Virus record (IMG/VR): IMGVR_UViG_3300044695_003856
Location: 7,352-71,351 of that record
DNA length: 64,000 bases
Reading direction: 5' to 3' (one strand)
Source: a virus
Position 1 is the first letter of the stretch. Every line of letters begins with the position of its first letter. The notes below the pieces were generated by a model that was given only the letters and a program-made list of their open reading frames with translations, was not told where the DNA came from and did not search any database. Of the stretch, positions 40,997 to 49,894 are shown piece after piece. A program made the position numbers and the translations under genes.

Positions 40997-41036
40997 GTGG
41001 TAGAAATTCACCACAAAAGTGGTAGAAATTCACCAC
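40997..41036. repeat. Tandem pair of near-palindromic 18-mers GTGGTAGAAATTCACCAC (22-bp period)
   Basis: Exact copies at 40997-41014 and 41019-41036. Confidence 0.9.
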
Positions 41037-41601
41037 ACACCCCTTTTTAGACCCCCTAAAAAACGCTGTTTTCAATAGCGTAGAGGCACTATTTTGAAAC
41101 ACCCCAAAAAAGTGTCTTGTATATAGAAGAATAGGACCCTAAATGAAGTAGCAAAAACCAGTTGACTACAAAGCGTAGCCAATAGGATCATCCCCCCCAT
41201 TTTGGGGATGTGTCCCGGTAGGGATGCAACCCCTAATGCCCCCACCAGGCCGATGCAATCGGCCCGATAAGCCAACCGGTTAGGACCTGTAACCACTTAA
41301 CATCCCTCCTACAACCCAAAATGACCCTCATTTGTGCCTTTTAAGGCACATTAGGTCGGTATTATCCCGAATTGGTAGTCAAAATGTGACAACTAGTGCG
41401 AAATCGTAGTCATCACGTCAGCTTGGAGCTGACGGTGGTGATACGAAAAAAGGGATAGGCGTAAATTTTGGATGGGTATAAATTTTGAATAGGTCTAAAT
41501 TTTGGCATACCCCCCCATCCGTCCGTGCTGACCGGTCGTCCCGAAAGTACCTCCCCCCCCGTCTGTTCTGGCTCTAAACAATCCATTATCAGTTTACATT
41601 G

Positions 41602-41928
41602 TGTTATATAACATATTGTACAACAAGCGGTTAGTGTATCTGTTGTTGTCTATAACAAATGATACAGCGTAGGTAAATTTGTTTGTGTTGTGTTGTCTAT
41701 AACAAATGAATTTCTGTTGTTGTCTATAACATTGAATAAAGCAGTGAACAAAAGTTAGGGGAAAAAAGTTTGTTGTTGTAACATATTGCAAAGCAAAACC
41801 GGCTATCCTATGTTAGCAAAAATTAGGGCATGAATGTATCTTGTGTTATAACACTATACAAAAGGAGGCGTTAGGTTAAAAATTAATTGTGTCCAATAAA
41901 ATGGACGATGTGTCCAATAAAGTGGACA
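41602..41928. repeat. AT-rich cluster of palindromic repeats (TGTTGTCTATAACA x3, TGTTATATAACA, TGTGTCCAATAAARTGGAC x2)
   Basis: Direct inspection of the divergent intergenic region. Confidence 0.75.
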
Positions 41929-41969
41929 TCCGGTGGATAATGCATTATCCCAAAAAAATCTAAAAAAAA

Positions 41970-42001
41970 TTTGGATTATTGGAATGTATTTTGTACCTTT
42001 G
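41970..42001 (+). promoter_or_regulatory. Bacteroidota housekeeping-type early promoter TTTG-N20-TACCTTTG
   Basis: Matches the -33/-7 consensus; A-tract upstream. Confidence 0.8.
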
Positions 42002-42063
42002 TTTTAATGATTCGGGAAAAATAGTACTGAATCGGATTTTTAACCCTTAATACCTTATATCAA

Positions 42064-42927
42064 ATGAACACCCAAACCCAAACCCCGAACGCTAAAGAGA
42101 TAATGCATTATCCCTTTAGTACCGAAGCCCTAAGGCTAAAGTTTAACAAGGTCCTCAAAGCCTTAGATGAACTAAAGGATAAAGATAGCCTTAGTAATCT
42201 AAAGAACTTTGAAGCCGTTTTAGACAATACGCTGAAGCGTTCTAAATTAGTGCTTCAAGCTTCAGAAATTGCGGATAAACAATTGAAGAGGGAACAATTA
42301 GCCAAAGCCTTAGGCCTAAGCGTCCCTATGATTAAAAAATATGTTTATTTAGCCGAAGCCGAAGCCAAAGCCGAAGCCGAAGCCGTAGCAAAATTCAAAG
42401 CCTTGAATAAAGAACGATTAGACAAAGGTCTAAAAGTGAACTACGGCATAGATGCAATAACCCTACACTTAAAAGGCGAAAAGGTCTATTTAAGTGATGA
42501 AGAGTTACAAGCCAAAAGGGACGAAGCCGAAAACGAACGAACCAAGAAACAAGCCGAAGCCAAAGCCAAAGCGAAGCCCAAAGCCGAACCAAACCCCGAA
42601 GCCGAAGCCGAAGCCAAACCAAACGAAGCGAACTATGTATTCAACCCCGTTCTTTTCGGCTTTGAGAACGATAGCATGGAGGATATAACACTAAACATTA
42701 TTCATAGCCCTAAAAATACGGCAAAGCCTTATATCGTTAGTTCTAATGTACCTTCGTTTGTACTTAGGGCTATGTTTGACAAAATTTTGAGGCATACCGA
42801 AAAATGCGAAGCCGACTTAGAACGTATCAAACAATACGAAGCCGACCCAACAGAGGAAGCCGAAATTGAGGACGCAAATTTTGACCTTAGCGGTCATGAA
42901 CATATCCGCTTCGTCATCGCAAAATGA
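42064..42927 (+). CDS. First early gene; HTH-like segment and AEAEAK repeats
   Basis: REQLAKALGLSVPMIKKY; GCCGAA/GCCAAA DNA repeats. Confidence 0.6.
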   Translation: MNTQTQTPNAKEIMHYPFSTEALRLKFNKVLKALDELKDKDSLSNLKNFEAVLDNTLKRSKLVLQASEIADKQLKREQLAKALGLSVPMIKKYVYLAEAEAKAEAEAVAKFKALNKERLDKGLKVNYGIDAITLHLKGEKVYLSDEELQAKRDEAENERTKKQAEAKAKAKPKAEPNPEAEAEAKPNEANYVFNPVLFGFENDSMEDITLNIIHSPKNTAKPYIVSSNVPSFVLRAMFDKILRHTEKCEADLERIKQYEADPTEEAEIEDANFDLSGHEHIRFVIAK

Positions 42928-42930
42928 AAA

Positions 42931-42957
42931 GAGAGGGCTTCAGCCCTCTTTTTTTTG
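42931..42957 (+). terminator. Rho-independent terminator
   Basis: AGAGGGC-TTCA-GCCCTCT followed by a T run. Confidence 0.75.
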
Positions 42958-43077
42958 TCTTCACTATCACTATCGTTCACTATCTGTCGTGCGGCATCCC
43001 CGCACGGCTTCATTCATTCGGCATCCCCGCACCGGTGCCTTCAAGTTCAATGCATTCATATCTAAAATTTTTACACC

Positions 43078-43302
43078 ATGACAAGTCCAATAGCAGAATA
43101 TTCCAATGGTTTCCCAAACGATTTGGTAAAATACCAAGAACTCTTGTATGAGTTCTGGGAGACCGAGCACTTCAAAAATTACAGGATGGGTTTCATCACA
43201 AAAAACGAAGCAGAAAGCCTATTCGTCCTAGACTTAGTTGAAGAAAACACCCTAATTACAAGACTAACCGAAACACTAAATTCATCATTTCTTAAAATGT
43301 AG
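43078..43302 (+). CDS. Hypothetical early protein
   Basis: ORF with A-rich leader. Confidence 0.5.
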   Translation: MTSPIAEYSNGFPNDLVKYQELLYEFWETEHFKNYRMGFITKNEAESLFVLDLVEENTLITRLTETLNSSFLKM

Positions 43303-43304
43303 CC

Positions 43305-43430
43305 ATGAAATACAACTCCCCTACTCCGCTTCGTGATGACCAGTCTATCCCTCTTTGGGTCAAAGTCATTGCCTTCTTTTGGTTCGTCTGCTACTTTGGA
43401 CGCTTTCTCTTCGCTCTAATCTTTTCCTAA
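43305..43430 (+). CDS. 41-aa membrane peptide (absent from ORF track)
   Basis: MKYNSPTPLRDDQSIPLWVKVIAFFWFVCYFGRFLFALIFS. Confidence 0.5.
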   Translation: MKYNSPTPLRDDQSIPLWVKVIAFFWFVCYFGRFLFALIFS

Positions 43431-43452
43431 AACCCTCTAAAAACCCTTATGT

Positions 43453-43902
43453 ATGAAGTACGCATCCCATCGCAAGATTACCTCGGTAGCCGAGAAATCT
43501 CCCTTTGAGCAGGTCGAAATCACATCCTCGCACATTGCTCAATCCTATGCTAGGCAATTCTACCATGAAGACTTGACCTTGTATGAATCCTTCTTCATCA
43601 TCATGATGAATCAGGCAAACAAGACCATCGCCTACGCTAAAATATCGCAGGGAGGAATCTCCGCAACGGTCGTAGACCCACGAATCATTTGTAAATTAGC
43701 AGTGGACTCCCTTTGCTCGGCCGTAATCTTGGTGCACAACCATCCAAGCGGGAACGTCAAAGAGTCGGAGGTAGACAAGGGTCTAACCAAAAAGCTAATG
43801 CACGCCCTAAGCTACCTTGATATTCGAGTACTCGACCACATCATCCTAACGGAGCATAACTATAGGTCCTTCGCGGACGAAGGACTCATGCCTACAATCT
43901 AA
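43453..43902 (+). CDS. RadC-like JAB/MPN domain protein
   Basis: ESFFII, SQGGISATVVDPRII, ILVHNHPSG, D..LT..L, VLDHIIL, YRSFADEG. Confidence 0.9.
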   Translation: MKYASHRKITSVAEKSPFEQVEITSSHIAQSYARQFYHEDLTLYESFFIIMMNQANKTIAYAKISQGGISATVVDPRIICKLAVDSLCSAVILVHNHPSGNVKESEVDKGLTKKLMHALSYLDIRVLDHIILTEHNYRSFADEGLMPTI

Positions 43903-43930
43903 CCAAATCCACCCTCTAAACCCTTATATC

Positions 43931-44356
43931 ATGTATCAAATTCAGCACGAAACCGAAGAAGTCCTTTGCAACCCAAGGGAAGACGACAACCTAGGCTCCA
44001 TGCTCTGCTACCATCGTATGTACGACCTAGGAGACAAGAACCCCTATCTGCCTGGGCATTACAAACCAAACCCGAGAGACTTCTCGGGATGGGGACACAT
44101 GCGACAATACCTTGAGAAAGTACACGACCTAGCGGTCTGCCTACCTATCTACATGTACGAGCATGGCGCTGTCGCTGTGAGCACCAAACCGTTCTCATGC
44201 CGATGGGACAGCGGACAAATAGGCTTCATCTTCGTATCCAAGGAGAAACTCCGCAAGGAGTACGGAGTGAAGCGTATAACGGCATCCCTTGTAGCCAAGG
44301 CGGTGCGCATTCTCGAAGCAGAAGTCCAAGAATACAACCAATACCTCAACCAATAA
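43931..44356 (+). CDS. Phage hypothetical protein
   Basis: LPIYMYEHG...FSCRWDSGQIGFIFV motif. Confidence 0.65.
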   Translation: MYQIQHETEEVLCNPREDDNLGSMLCYHRMYDLGDKNPYLPGHYKPNPRDFSGWGHMRQYLEKVHDLAVCLPIYMYEHGAVAVSTKPFSCRWDSGQIGFIFVSKEKLRKEYGVKRITASLVAKAVRILEAEVQEYNQYLNQ

Positions 44357-44389
44357 ACCCTAACCCAAAACCCTTAAACCCAAAAACCT

Positions 44390-45022
44390 ATGTTAGCATA
44401 CATTAACCACCGCCTCCCATCCCTGCACATGACAGCAAGCAAAGACCCATTCAGGGAATCCATGCAATACGTCCAGGTAAAAACGTTTGACACGCCCGGC
44501 ATATACGGCCCCGCGGGGATTTACGCCACGGCCACGGACGCCCATACTTTGGTCTTTTGCGATTTAGCGGAGCATCTTTCAGGCATTGAAAACGTGCCCG
44601 GCCCGGAGCTATTGATTAAAGCCGACCAATACAAAAAGTTAACCGGGCCTAAGGTCTGTTTTTTAGACTTCGCCCAACCCGGCCAAATCATTACAAGGGA
44701 TAAACAGAACCAACAATTAGACGCGGTGCCGTACTTAACAGCCGACCAGGGCCCTAAATACCCACAATGGGAACGGGTGATTCCAACAATTGAACCCGAG
44801 CCCACCGGAGTAATAGGGCTAGATCCTGAAAAGTTAGCCAAGGTATGCGGCATAATGAATGCCGGACCGCTGATTTTTGAACTACGCGGAGCAAGGGGCG
44901 CAATTACTGCCCAATATGTAATCCCGGAGAAACACGGCACCGCGAAGGCCGTAATTATGCCCGTTATGATATACGACACCTGGAACAAAGACCGGGGGCA
45001 GGCAACAGAAAAAGCCCGATAG
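44390..45022 (+). CDS. DNA polymerase III beta-clamp-like protein (truncated)
   Basis: ATATDAHTL, KYPQWERVIP, GLDPEKL, AVIMPV resemble clamp domains II-III. Confidence 0.55.
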   Translation: MLAYINHRLPSLHMTASKDPFRESMQYVQVKTFDTPGIYGPAGIYATATDAHTLVFCDLAEHLSGIENVPGPELLIKADQYKKLTGPKVCFLDFAQPGQIITRDKQNQQLDAVPYLTADQGPKYPQWERVIPTIEPEPTGVIGLDPEKLAKVCGIMNAGPLIFELRGARGAITAQYVIPEKHGTAKAVIMPVMIYDTWNKDRGQATEKAR

Positions 45023-45078
45023 GAGGCCAACGGAATAAATATACACAACTAATACCTCAACCAATAAACCCTTATATC

Positions 45079-45471
45079 ATGAACGGAGACCTCGCATACC
45101 GACTAGATCTTAGGCTAGATGCCCTAAAAACGGAGGCCATTGATGCCATCCGAGACATCCTTGAGAAGGCCAATGCCTATAATGTAACCCTCAACCACAG
45201 CGTAATCCTCCAATGCCTGAATAAGAATGCCTACTCGGAAACCAAGGAGGTATACATGACCGGCAAGTGCTTCATCGTGGACTCATTCGGTGAATCCGAA
45301 TTGGAAGAACTCAAATACATCCCCATCGTACCCCTGCTAAGCATCCTCAGGCTCATTGAGGAGGGCGAGTACGACATAGAGGAACACATCGAGGACAAAG
45401 ACCTATCCAATCACATCCAAGCCCAAGAGGACGCCCACTTCGACAATTTCTGCCAACAAAACAACATCTAA
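45079..45471 (+). CDS. Hypothetical early protein
   Basis: ORF with conserved leader motif. Confidence 0.55.
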   Translation: MNGDLAYRLDLRLDALKTEAIDAIRDILEKANAYNVTLNHSVILQCLNKNAYSETKEVYMTGKCFIVDSFGESELEELKYIPIVPLLSILRLIEEGEYDIEEHIEDKDLSNHIQAQEDAHFDNFCQQNNI

Positions 45472-45489
45472 CCCTTTAAACCCTTATGT

Positions 45490-46233
45490 ATGAAACCACG
45501 CAAAATCCCACGACGACACAAAGAGAAGGTCGTCTACGTCGACGGACCTAACCTGTTCGTCATCGCCCTGGCTCCCTCTTCCAATGAGAAGATTACCGAG
45601 TCCAACGCATCCATCATCCAAACCAACACCTACTCCCTCGAGCAGTGGGAGATAGCCAACAGCGGGAGGAAGATAAAGATGCGGGAGTTCTTCGCACTCG
45701 ACGCATCCAACTGCATGGACTGCCCTTTCTCCGCTAACTCCGGGACGGGGGAATGCTACACCCACAAGCCACGACAATACTCTGGCTTCCTATCACAACT
45801 GCGTAGCATCAAACGGGAACACCTCACTCCCTTCAATGAGGATAAGCGTACACGCATTCTCGTGCTCTCTGAGGGACGATATGTCCGCTTTGGTACCTAT
45901 GGTGAGCCGAGCCTAATGGATTCAACCTTGGTCTCCCAAATAACCCGTGTGGCGTCCACGTGGACCGGTTACACCCATCAGTGGACCAAAGACTGGGCGA
46001 AGCCCTTTGCGTCTTGGTTCATGGCATCGGCGCACACCGAGTCGGAGGTAGACCTTGCGGACCAGGTTGGGTTCCGATCGTTCTTAGCCAAGGACAAGGA
46101 CGACCCAGTCGTTGGTGTGCAGTGCCCGGCATCCAAGGAAGCAGGCTACAAATCCACTTGTCAGAAATGTGGCTTATGCTCGGGCATCCTGGGCAAAGGC
46201 AAGAAATCAGTAAGTATCAACGAACACTATTAA
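45490..46233 (+). CDS. Cys-rich gp88-like / radical-SAM-like Fe-S protein
   Basis: CMDCPF...CY, RFGTYGEP, TGYTHQW, FMASA, CPAS...TCQKCGLC. Confidence 0.55.
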   Translation: MKPRKIPRRHKEKVVYVDGPNLFVIALAPSSNEKITESNASIIQTNTYSLEQWEIANSGRKIKMREFFALDASNCMDCPFSANSGTGECYTHKPRQYSGFLSQLRSIKREHLTPFNEDKRTRILVLSEGRYVRFGTYGEPSLMDSTLVSQITRVASTWTGYTHQWTKDWAKPFASWFMASAHTESEVDLADQVGFRSFLAKDKDDPVVGVQCPASKEAGYKSTCQKCGLCSGILGKGKKSVSINEHY

Positions 46234-46252
46234 CCCTTAAACCCTTATCAAA

Positions 46253-46528
46253 ATGAAACGATCAACAAATCCATTTGAAGACAAGTCCGTCATCGATGTC
46301 AAAACACTATTGGTTAAGTATGAGTTCGATGAATTACACGAACTATTTGCCTACATTGTTGAAAGCCGACTAAATGGGCAAAAGAAACAGGCAAGAGAAA
46401 TCTATTACGAACTCCCATCGCACATGGGAGGGGAGCGATACCAATTCCTTGACTTCCTAACGGAAATGAATATAGATGCCGAGGAGTTTAGGAAATTCCT
46501 AGAAGTACCATCATTCGTATCAAATTAA
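46253..46528 (+). CDS. Hypothetical early protein
   Basis: ORF with conserved leader motif. Confidence 0.55.
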   Translation: MKRSTNPFEDKSVIDVKTLLVKYEFDELHELFAYIVESRLNGQKKQAREIYYELPSHMGGERYQFLDFLTEMNIDAEEFRKFLEVPSFVSN

Positions 46529-46551
46529 GTCAACCCTTAAACCCTTATCAA

Positions 46552-46767
46552 ATGAAGAATCTAAAACTAGACTTGACCTCCGAAGTAATAAAGAAGGACT
46601 ACGAATGGTCCCTCGATTGGAACGGGAGGGAAATCTCGGGCAATGCTACGCTTGAGTCAAGCGATTCGAGCTTGGAGATTAACGCATTCATTGACGAAGA
46701 CTGCCTTGACGGACTGACACCGGATCAGGTAGACGAAATCGCATCCTATGTAGAAGCAAACATCTAA
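46552..46767 (+). CDS. Acidic hypothetical early protein
   Basis: ORF with conserved leader motif. Confidence 0.55.
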   Translation: MKNLKLDLTSEVIKKDYEWSLDWNGREISGNATLESSDSSLEINAFIDEDCLDGLTPDQVDEIASYVEANI

Positions 46768-46778
46768 ACCCCAAGCCT

Positions 46779-46949
46779 ATGAAATCCTTTTATCTTTTTC
46801 AACGAGTCATGTACAAGGGTATGGACTGCATTGTAACTAACGCATCCATTTCCTGCGGGAAACATTACGAAGTGTCTCCCGTTGGTCGCAATCAATACTT
46901 CATCGCGGGGTATTGGGAAATTAAAACCTCTAAAACCAAAAACCTATGA
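46779..46949 (+). CDS. 56-aa hypothetical protein (absent from ORF track)
   Basis: MKSFYLFQRVMYKG...; fills the gap with an ATGA overlap. Confidence 0.5.
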   Translation: MKSFYLFQRVMYKGMDCIVTNASISCGKHYEVSPVGRNQYFIAGYWEIKTSKTKNL

Positions 46950-47230
46950 ACAACACCACCCTCAATTACGGAGATGGCGTCCGTCAAATCTGCCTACATC
47001 GGGAAGACTTGGTCTTCCTGGACGGATGTGTACTGCACATCAAGGAACGCACCTTGTTTGAGAAGGACAAGAACGCCAAACCTAGCCCTTTGTGGGGAGA
47101 GCAGTACCACAACCCCATCAAGCTCGATGACCTAGAGATTGACGAACTCGGAGACCTCAAGCATGAGATCGAAGACAAGTACCCAGACAAATCAGCATCC
47201 ATCCTAAACCAAATCAACATTAAATTCTAA
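46946..47230 (+). CDS. Hypothetical protein
   Basis: ORF track; operon context. Confidence 0.55.
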   Translation: MNNTTLNYGDGVRQICLHREDLVFLDGCVLHIKERTLFEKDKNAKPSPLWGEQYHNPIKLDDLEIDELGDLKHEIEDKYPDKSASILNQINIKF

Positions 47231-47242
47231 CCCCTATCAATT

Positions 47243-47638
47243 ATGAAAATCATTCTAACACTCCAAGAATCGGAAGAAATCTTCCACACAGCGCTATGCA
47301 ATGCAGAAAGCACCGGCCACATGGCCGGCTATGGATTGCAATTGCGTTGGCATGAGAAGTCATACAAAGAAGCTAGGGAACGCCTCAAAGAAAGAGGCGA
47401 GGAGATATGTCAAGAAGACATCCTCCTCGAGATACTGCGTGGCGGTGGTCATCTCACCTACTTCGACATAGAGGGAGGGGGAGGGGAGCCATGGCCTATC
47501 AACCTGCAAGACGTCCACGACAAGGTCTGCAATGCGCCTACCAGAAACATCTTGAACTTCATTGAACAGGAAGACGATGCCGAAGATGCAGACGTCATCC
47601 TTCAGACGGTGTTCATGGGCGAAGTCATGTTCGGTTAA
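47243..47638 (+). CDS. Phage hypothetical protein
   Basis: C-terminal DDAEDADVILQTVFMGEVMFG motif. Confidence 0.6.
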   Translation: MKIILTLQESEEIFHTALCNAESTGHMAGYGLQLRWHEKSYKEARERLKERGEEICQEDILLEILRGGGHLTYFDIEGGGGEPWPINLQDVHDKVCNAPTRNILNFIEQEDDAEDADVILQTVFMGEVMFG

Positions 47639-47656
47639 CAACTAAATCTACACTAT

Positions 47657-48067
47657 ATGAAGTACAGACTCATTCACGTATCCAAGCAACAGCATGGTCC
47701 CAATACGGACTACCTCGTCATAACCGAGGACGGACAAGTAGTGCATCGCAGGCCCGACGAAGCAGGCGAAGGAAGGCATGCCGTCGTTGATTACTTCGGT
47801 ACAAGAGTAACAGACCAAGGAGTGGACCGGGCAGACCCATGGCCTATGCTTGATGACGGACAGCAATGGTGTCAAGACTACGAGAAAGACCATGAAGTAG
47901 AGGCAGACATGCAAGAGTATGACATCTTGCTCGACATCTTCTCGTTCCTTCAACCGACGATCCCCTTCGGAGGGTGGATCAGGGATGACTCTATCTTCCC
48001 TGACGTATTCTCCAGGTCAAGATTCCCTACGCTATTACTAAACAACAACCAAACCCCCAATGTATGA
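47657..48067 (+). CDS. Hypothetical protein
   Basis: ORF track; operon context. Confidence 0.5.
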   Translation: MKYRLIHVSKQQHGPNTDYLVITEDGQVVHRRPDEAGEGRHAVVDYFGTRVTDQGVDRADPWPMLDDGQQWCQDYEKDHEVEADMQEYDILLDIFSFLQPTIPFGGWIRDDSIFPDVFSRSRFPTLLLNNNQTPNV

Positions 48068-48321
48068 AGTCACCTACCAGAATCCACGTCAACCAACACC
48101 ACATCCGCTCTAACAAGGCGAATGGTACCGACCTACCGGTCATCACCGTCAAGCAAGGCAGGAAGAACACCTACTGCAACGAGGTAGAGATACTCGGCCC
48201 TAGTCGAGTCATCTACTCTGGCTCTGGATGCGACACCAAGGCGCTCCTATCCTGCGGTGCTCGAGTCGTTATTGAAACCTTTTCCCCTGTCAACATCACT
48301 AAACCCCAAACCAATGAATAA
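48064..48321 (+). CDS. Phage hypothetical protein
   Basis: IHVNQHHIRSN...PVITVK...LLSCGARVVIET. Confidence 0.6.
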   Translation: MKSPTRIHVNQHHIRSNKANGTDLPVITVKQGRKNTYCNEVEILGPSRVIYSGSGCDTKALLSCGARVVIETFSPVNITKPQTNE

Positions 48322-48631
48322 ATCAATCATCCGAAGCAAGATCCTCCACCTGCAACTTACCGACCCACTAGGTGGCGACTACACGCTACTCACTGACTTT
48401 ATTGATGGCTCCATCAAGTACATGCTCTACGATGGGCATTCCTCCTATGGGACCAAGTTTCCACTATCGCAGTTAGGCATGCCCAAGGGCGTCTATCTGC
48501 CCGTAGAAACCAAGTATGAAGACGAGACCATGGAAGAGTTCCGTGACCGAGTCATTGACTGCGTTCGTGAGCACTCACGCATGGTCATTGTAAGAATTGT
48601 AGAAAACCAAGTTAAATTTTATCAGCCATGA
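48314..48631 (+). CDS. Hypothetical protein
   Basis: Start moved to ATG at 48314. Confidence 0.5.
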   Translation: MNKSIIRSKILHLQLTDPLGGDYTLLTDFIDGSIKYMLYDGHSSYGTKFPLSQLGMPKGVYLPVETKYEDETMEEFRDRVIDCVREHSRMVIVRIVENQVKFYQP

Positions 48632-48936
48632 GAAGAAGATACGAAGAAGATGAAGTGCCCGAATCAGTAGGGTATACGGTTGACTGCTACAAGAAGAACC
48701 CAGACACGGGTGCCTTGGAGTTAGCGAAGAGCCGTGACTACAGCGACTACAACGATGCCTGGGCGAACACAATCGGACCGGTGATGGTGCCTAAGCCACC
48801 TGTTGGCGCCGAGTACAGCGTTCTAACCAAGCGCGAGTATTGGAATGTACCATCGGGGAGTCGTGACGTGCCGGACGACTGCGAAGACAGCGTCGCATTT
48901 GTTGAGTACTACATCGATGACCCTGATGCAGAATGA
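48628..48936 (+). CDS. Hypothetical protein
   Basis: ATGA overlap with the upstream gene. Confidence 0.5.
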   Translation: MRRRYEEDEVPESVGYTVDCYKKNPDTGALELAKSRDYSDYNDAWANTIGPVMVPKPPVGAEYSVLTKREYWNVPSGSRDVPDDCEDSVAFVEYYIDDPDAE

Positions 48937-48937
48937 T

Positions 48938-48968
48938 TTTGAAATGTCAACTTTATTTTTTAAATTTA
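48938..48968 (+). promoter_or_regulatory. Host-type promoter TTTG-N19-TAAATTTA
   Basis: Variant of the Bacteroidota -33/-7 consensus. Confidence 0.5.
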
Positions 48969-48985
48969 CGACCTAAACAACAAAC

Positions 48986-49300
48986 ATGAAAGACGGACAA
49001 ACAATCGGCCAATGGCTGAACTGGGACTTTGAGGCGAATGGGGACTTGGAAATCCGAGACAAAAATGGTAGGCAACTCTACATACAGTATTCAAATGGAT
49101 TTTGGGAAAAGCGTGAATTTGATTCTAATCGTTATCGTATCCTTACCTACAGGGAGGATTGCAGCGGATTTTGGGAAAAGTGTGAATACGATTCTCAAGG
49201 TAACAAAGTATATTGCGAGAACTCAAATGGAAAAATCATAGACAACCGCACCCCCGAAGTCATCGAACACAACGGACGCAAATATCAATTAATCCCATGA
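48986..49300 (+). CDS. Protein with internal repeats (Y.E.S.GFWEK.E.DS)
   Basis: GGATTTTGGGAAAAG occurs twice; repeated peptide units. Confidence 0.6.
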   Translation: MKDGQTIGQWLNWDFEANGDLEIRDKNGRQLYIQYSNGFWEKREFDSNRYRILTYREDCSGFWEKCEYDSQGNKVYCENSNGKIIDNRTPEVIEHNGRKYQLIP

Positions 49301-49608
49301 ACACACACACCGTTTCCAAATGCAGGGTAAGCGTTATGGCCTACCTCAGACAACATCTTGATTTCGTCAAGACCACCGAAGAGTTCTTCGGTCAAGACCC
49401 AGTGTCCCTTCCTCCCGATCATGTCGGGGGGATATGGGTATCCGGGGAGAACGGAGACACCTACCGACGCAAGAGGATCTTCAACTACTACAACGAATCG
49501 TCCGACTACACGGGCGGTGTGCTTCGTCAATTTACTGAAGCACTAGCTAATTACGGATGGTACTGCGAGTGGTACGACGCCGGCACTGTACACATTTACC
49601 CTTACTAA
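49297..49608 (+). CDS. Phage hypothetical protein
   Basis: GGIWVSGE...GWYCEWYDAGT; start moved to 49297. Confidence 0.55.
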   Translation: MNTHTVSKCRVSVMAYLRQHLDFVKTTEEFFGQDPVSLPPDHVGGIWVSGENGDTYRRKRIFNYYNESSDYTGGVLRQFTEALANYGWYCEWYDAGTVHIYPY

Positions 49609-49618
49609 ACCAAAACAA

Positions 49619-49894
49619 ATGAAATACCATAGAACAAAAGATGGGGAAAAGATTTTGCTGACCGACTTAGAAACAGACCACCTCCAAAACATAATCAAAT
49701 GGATTGAGCGAAAGGCGAAGGAAGGATTGACTATAAGAGTGGGTGGTGGCAGGTGTGCAGAAGATATGTGGTACGATGAAGAAACCTATTATGGTGAAAG
49801 AGCCAAAAGAGAACTTAACTTTTTAGACTACAAATCGGAATTAGAACGCAGGGTTCGCTTGTCAACAACGTCCAATCTAAACCCAAAACCATGA
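49619..49894 (+). CDS. Hypothetical protein
   Basis: TKDGEKILLTDLETDHLQNII motif. Confidence 0.55.
   Translation: MKYHRTKDGEKILLTDLETDHLQNIIKWIERKAKEGLTIRVGGGRCAEDMWYDEETYYGERAKRELNFLDYKSELERRVRLSTTSNLNPKP

Noticed and set aside
41602-41928. CRISPR array
   Set aside because: Repeats are short, few and irregularly spaced, and there are no cas genes.
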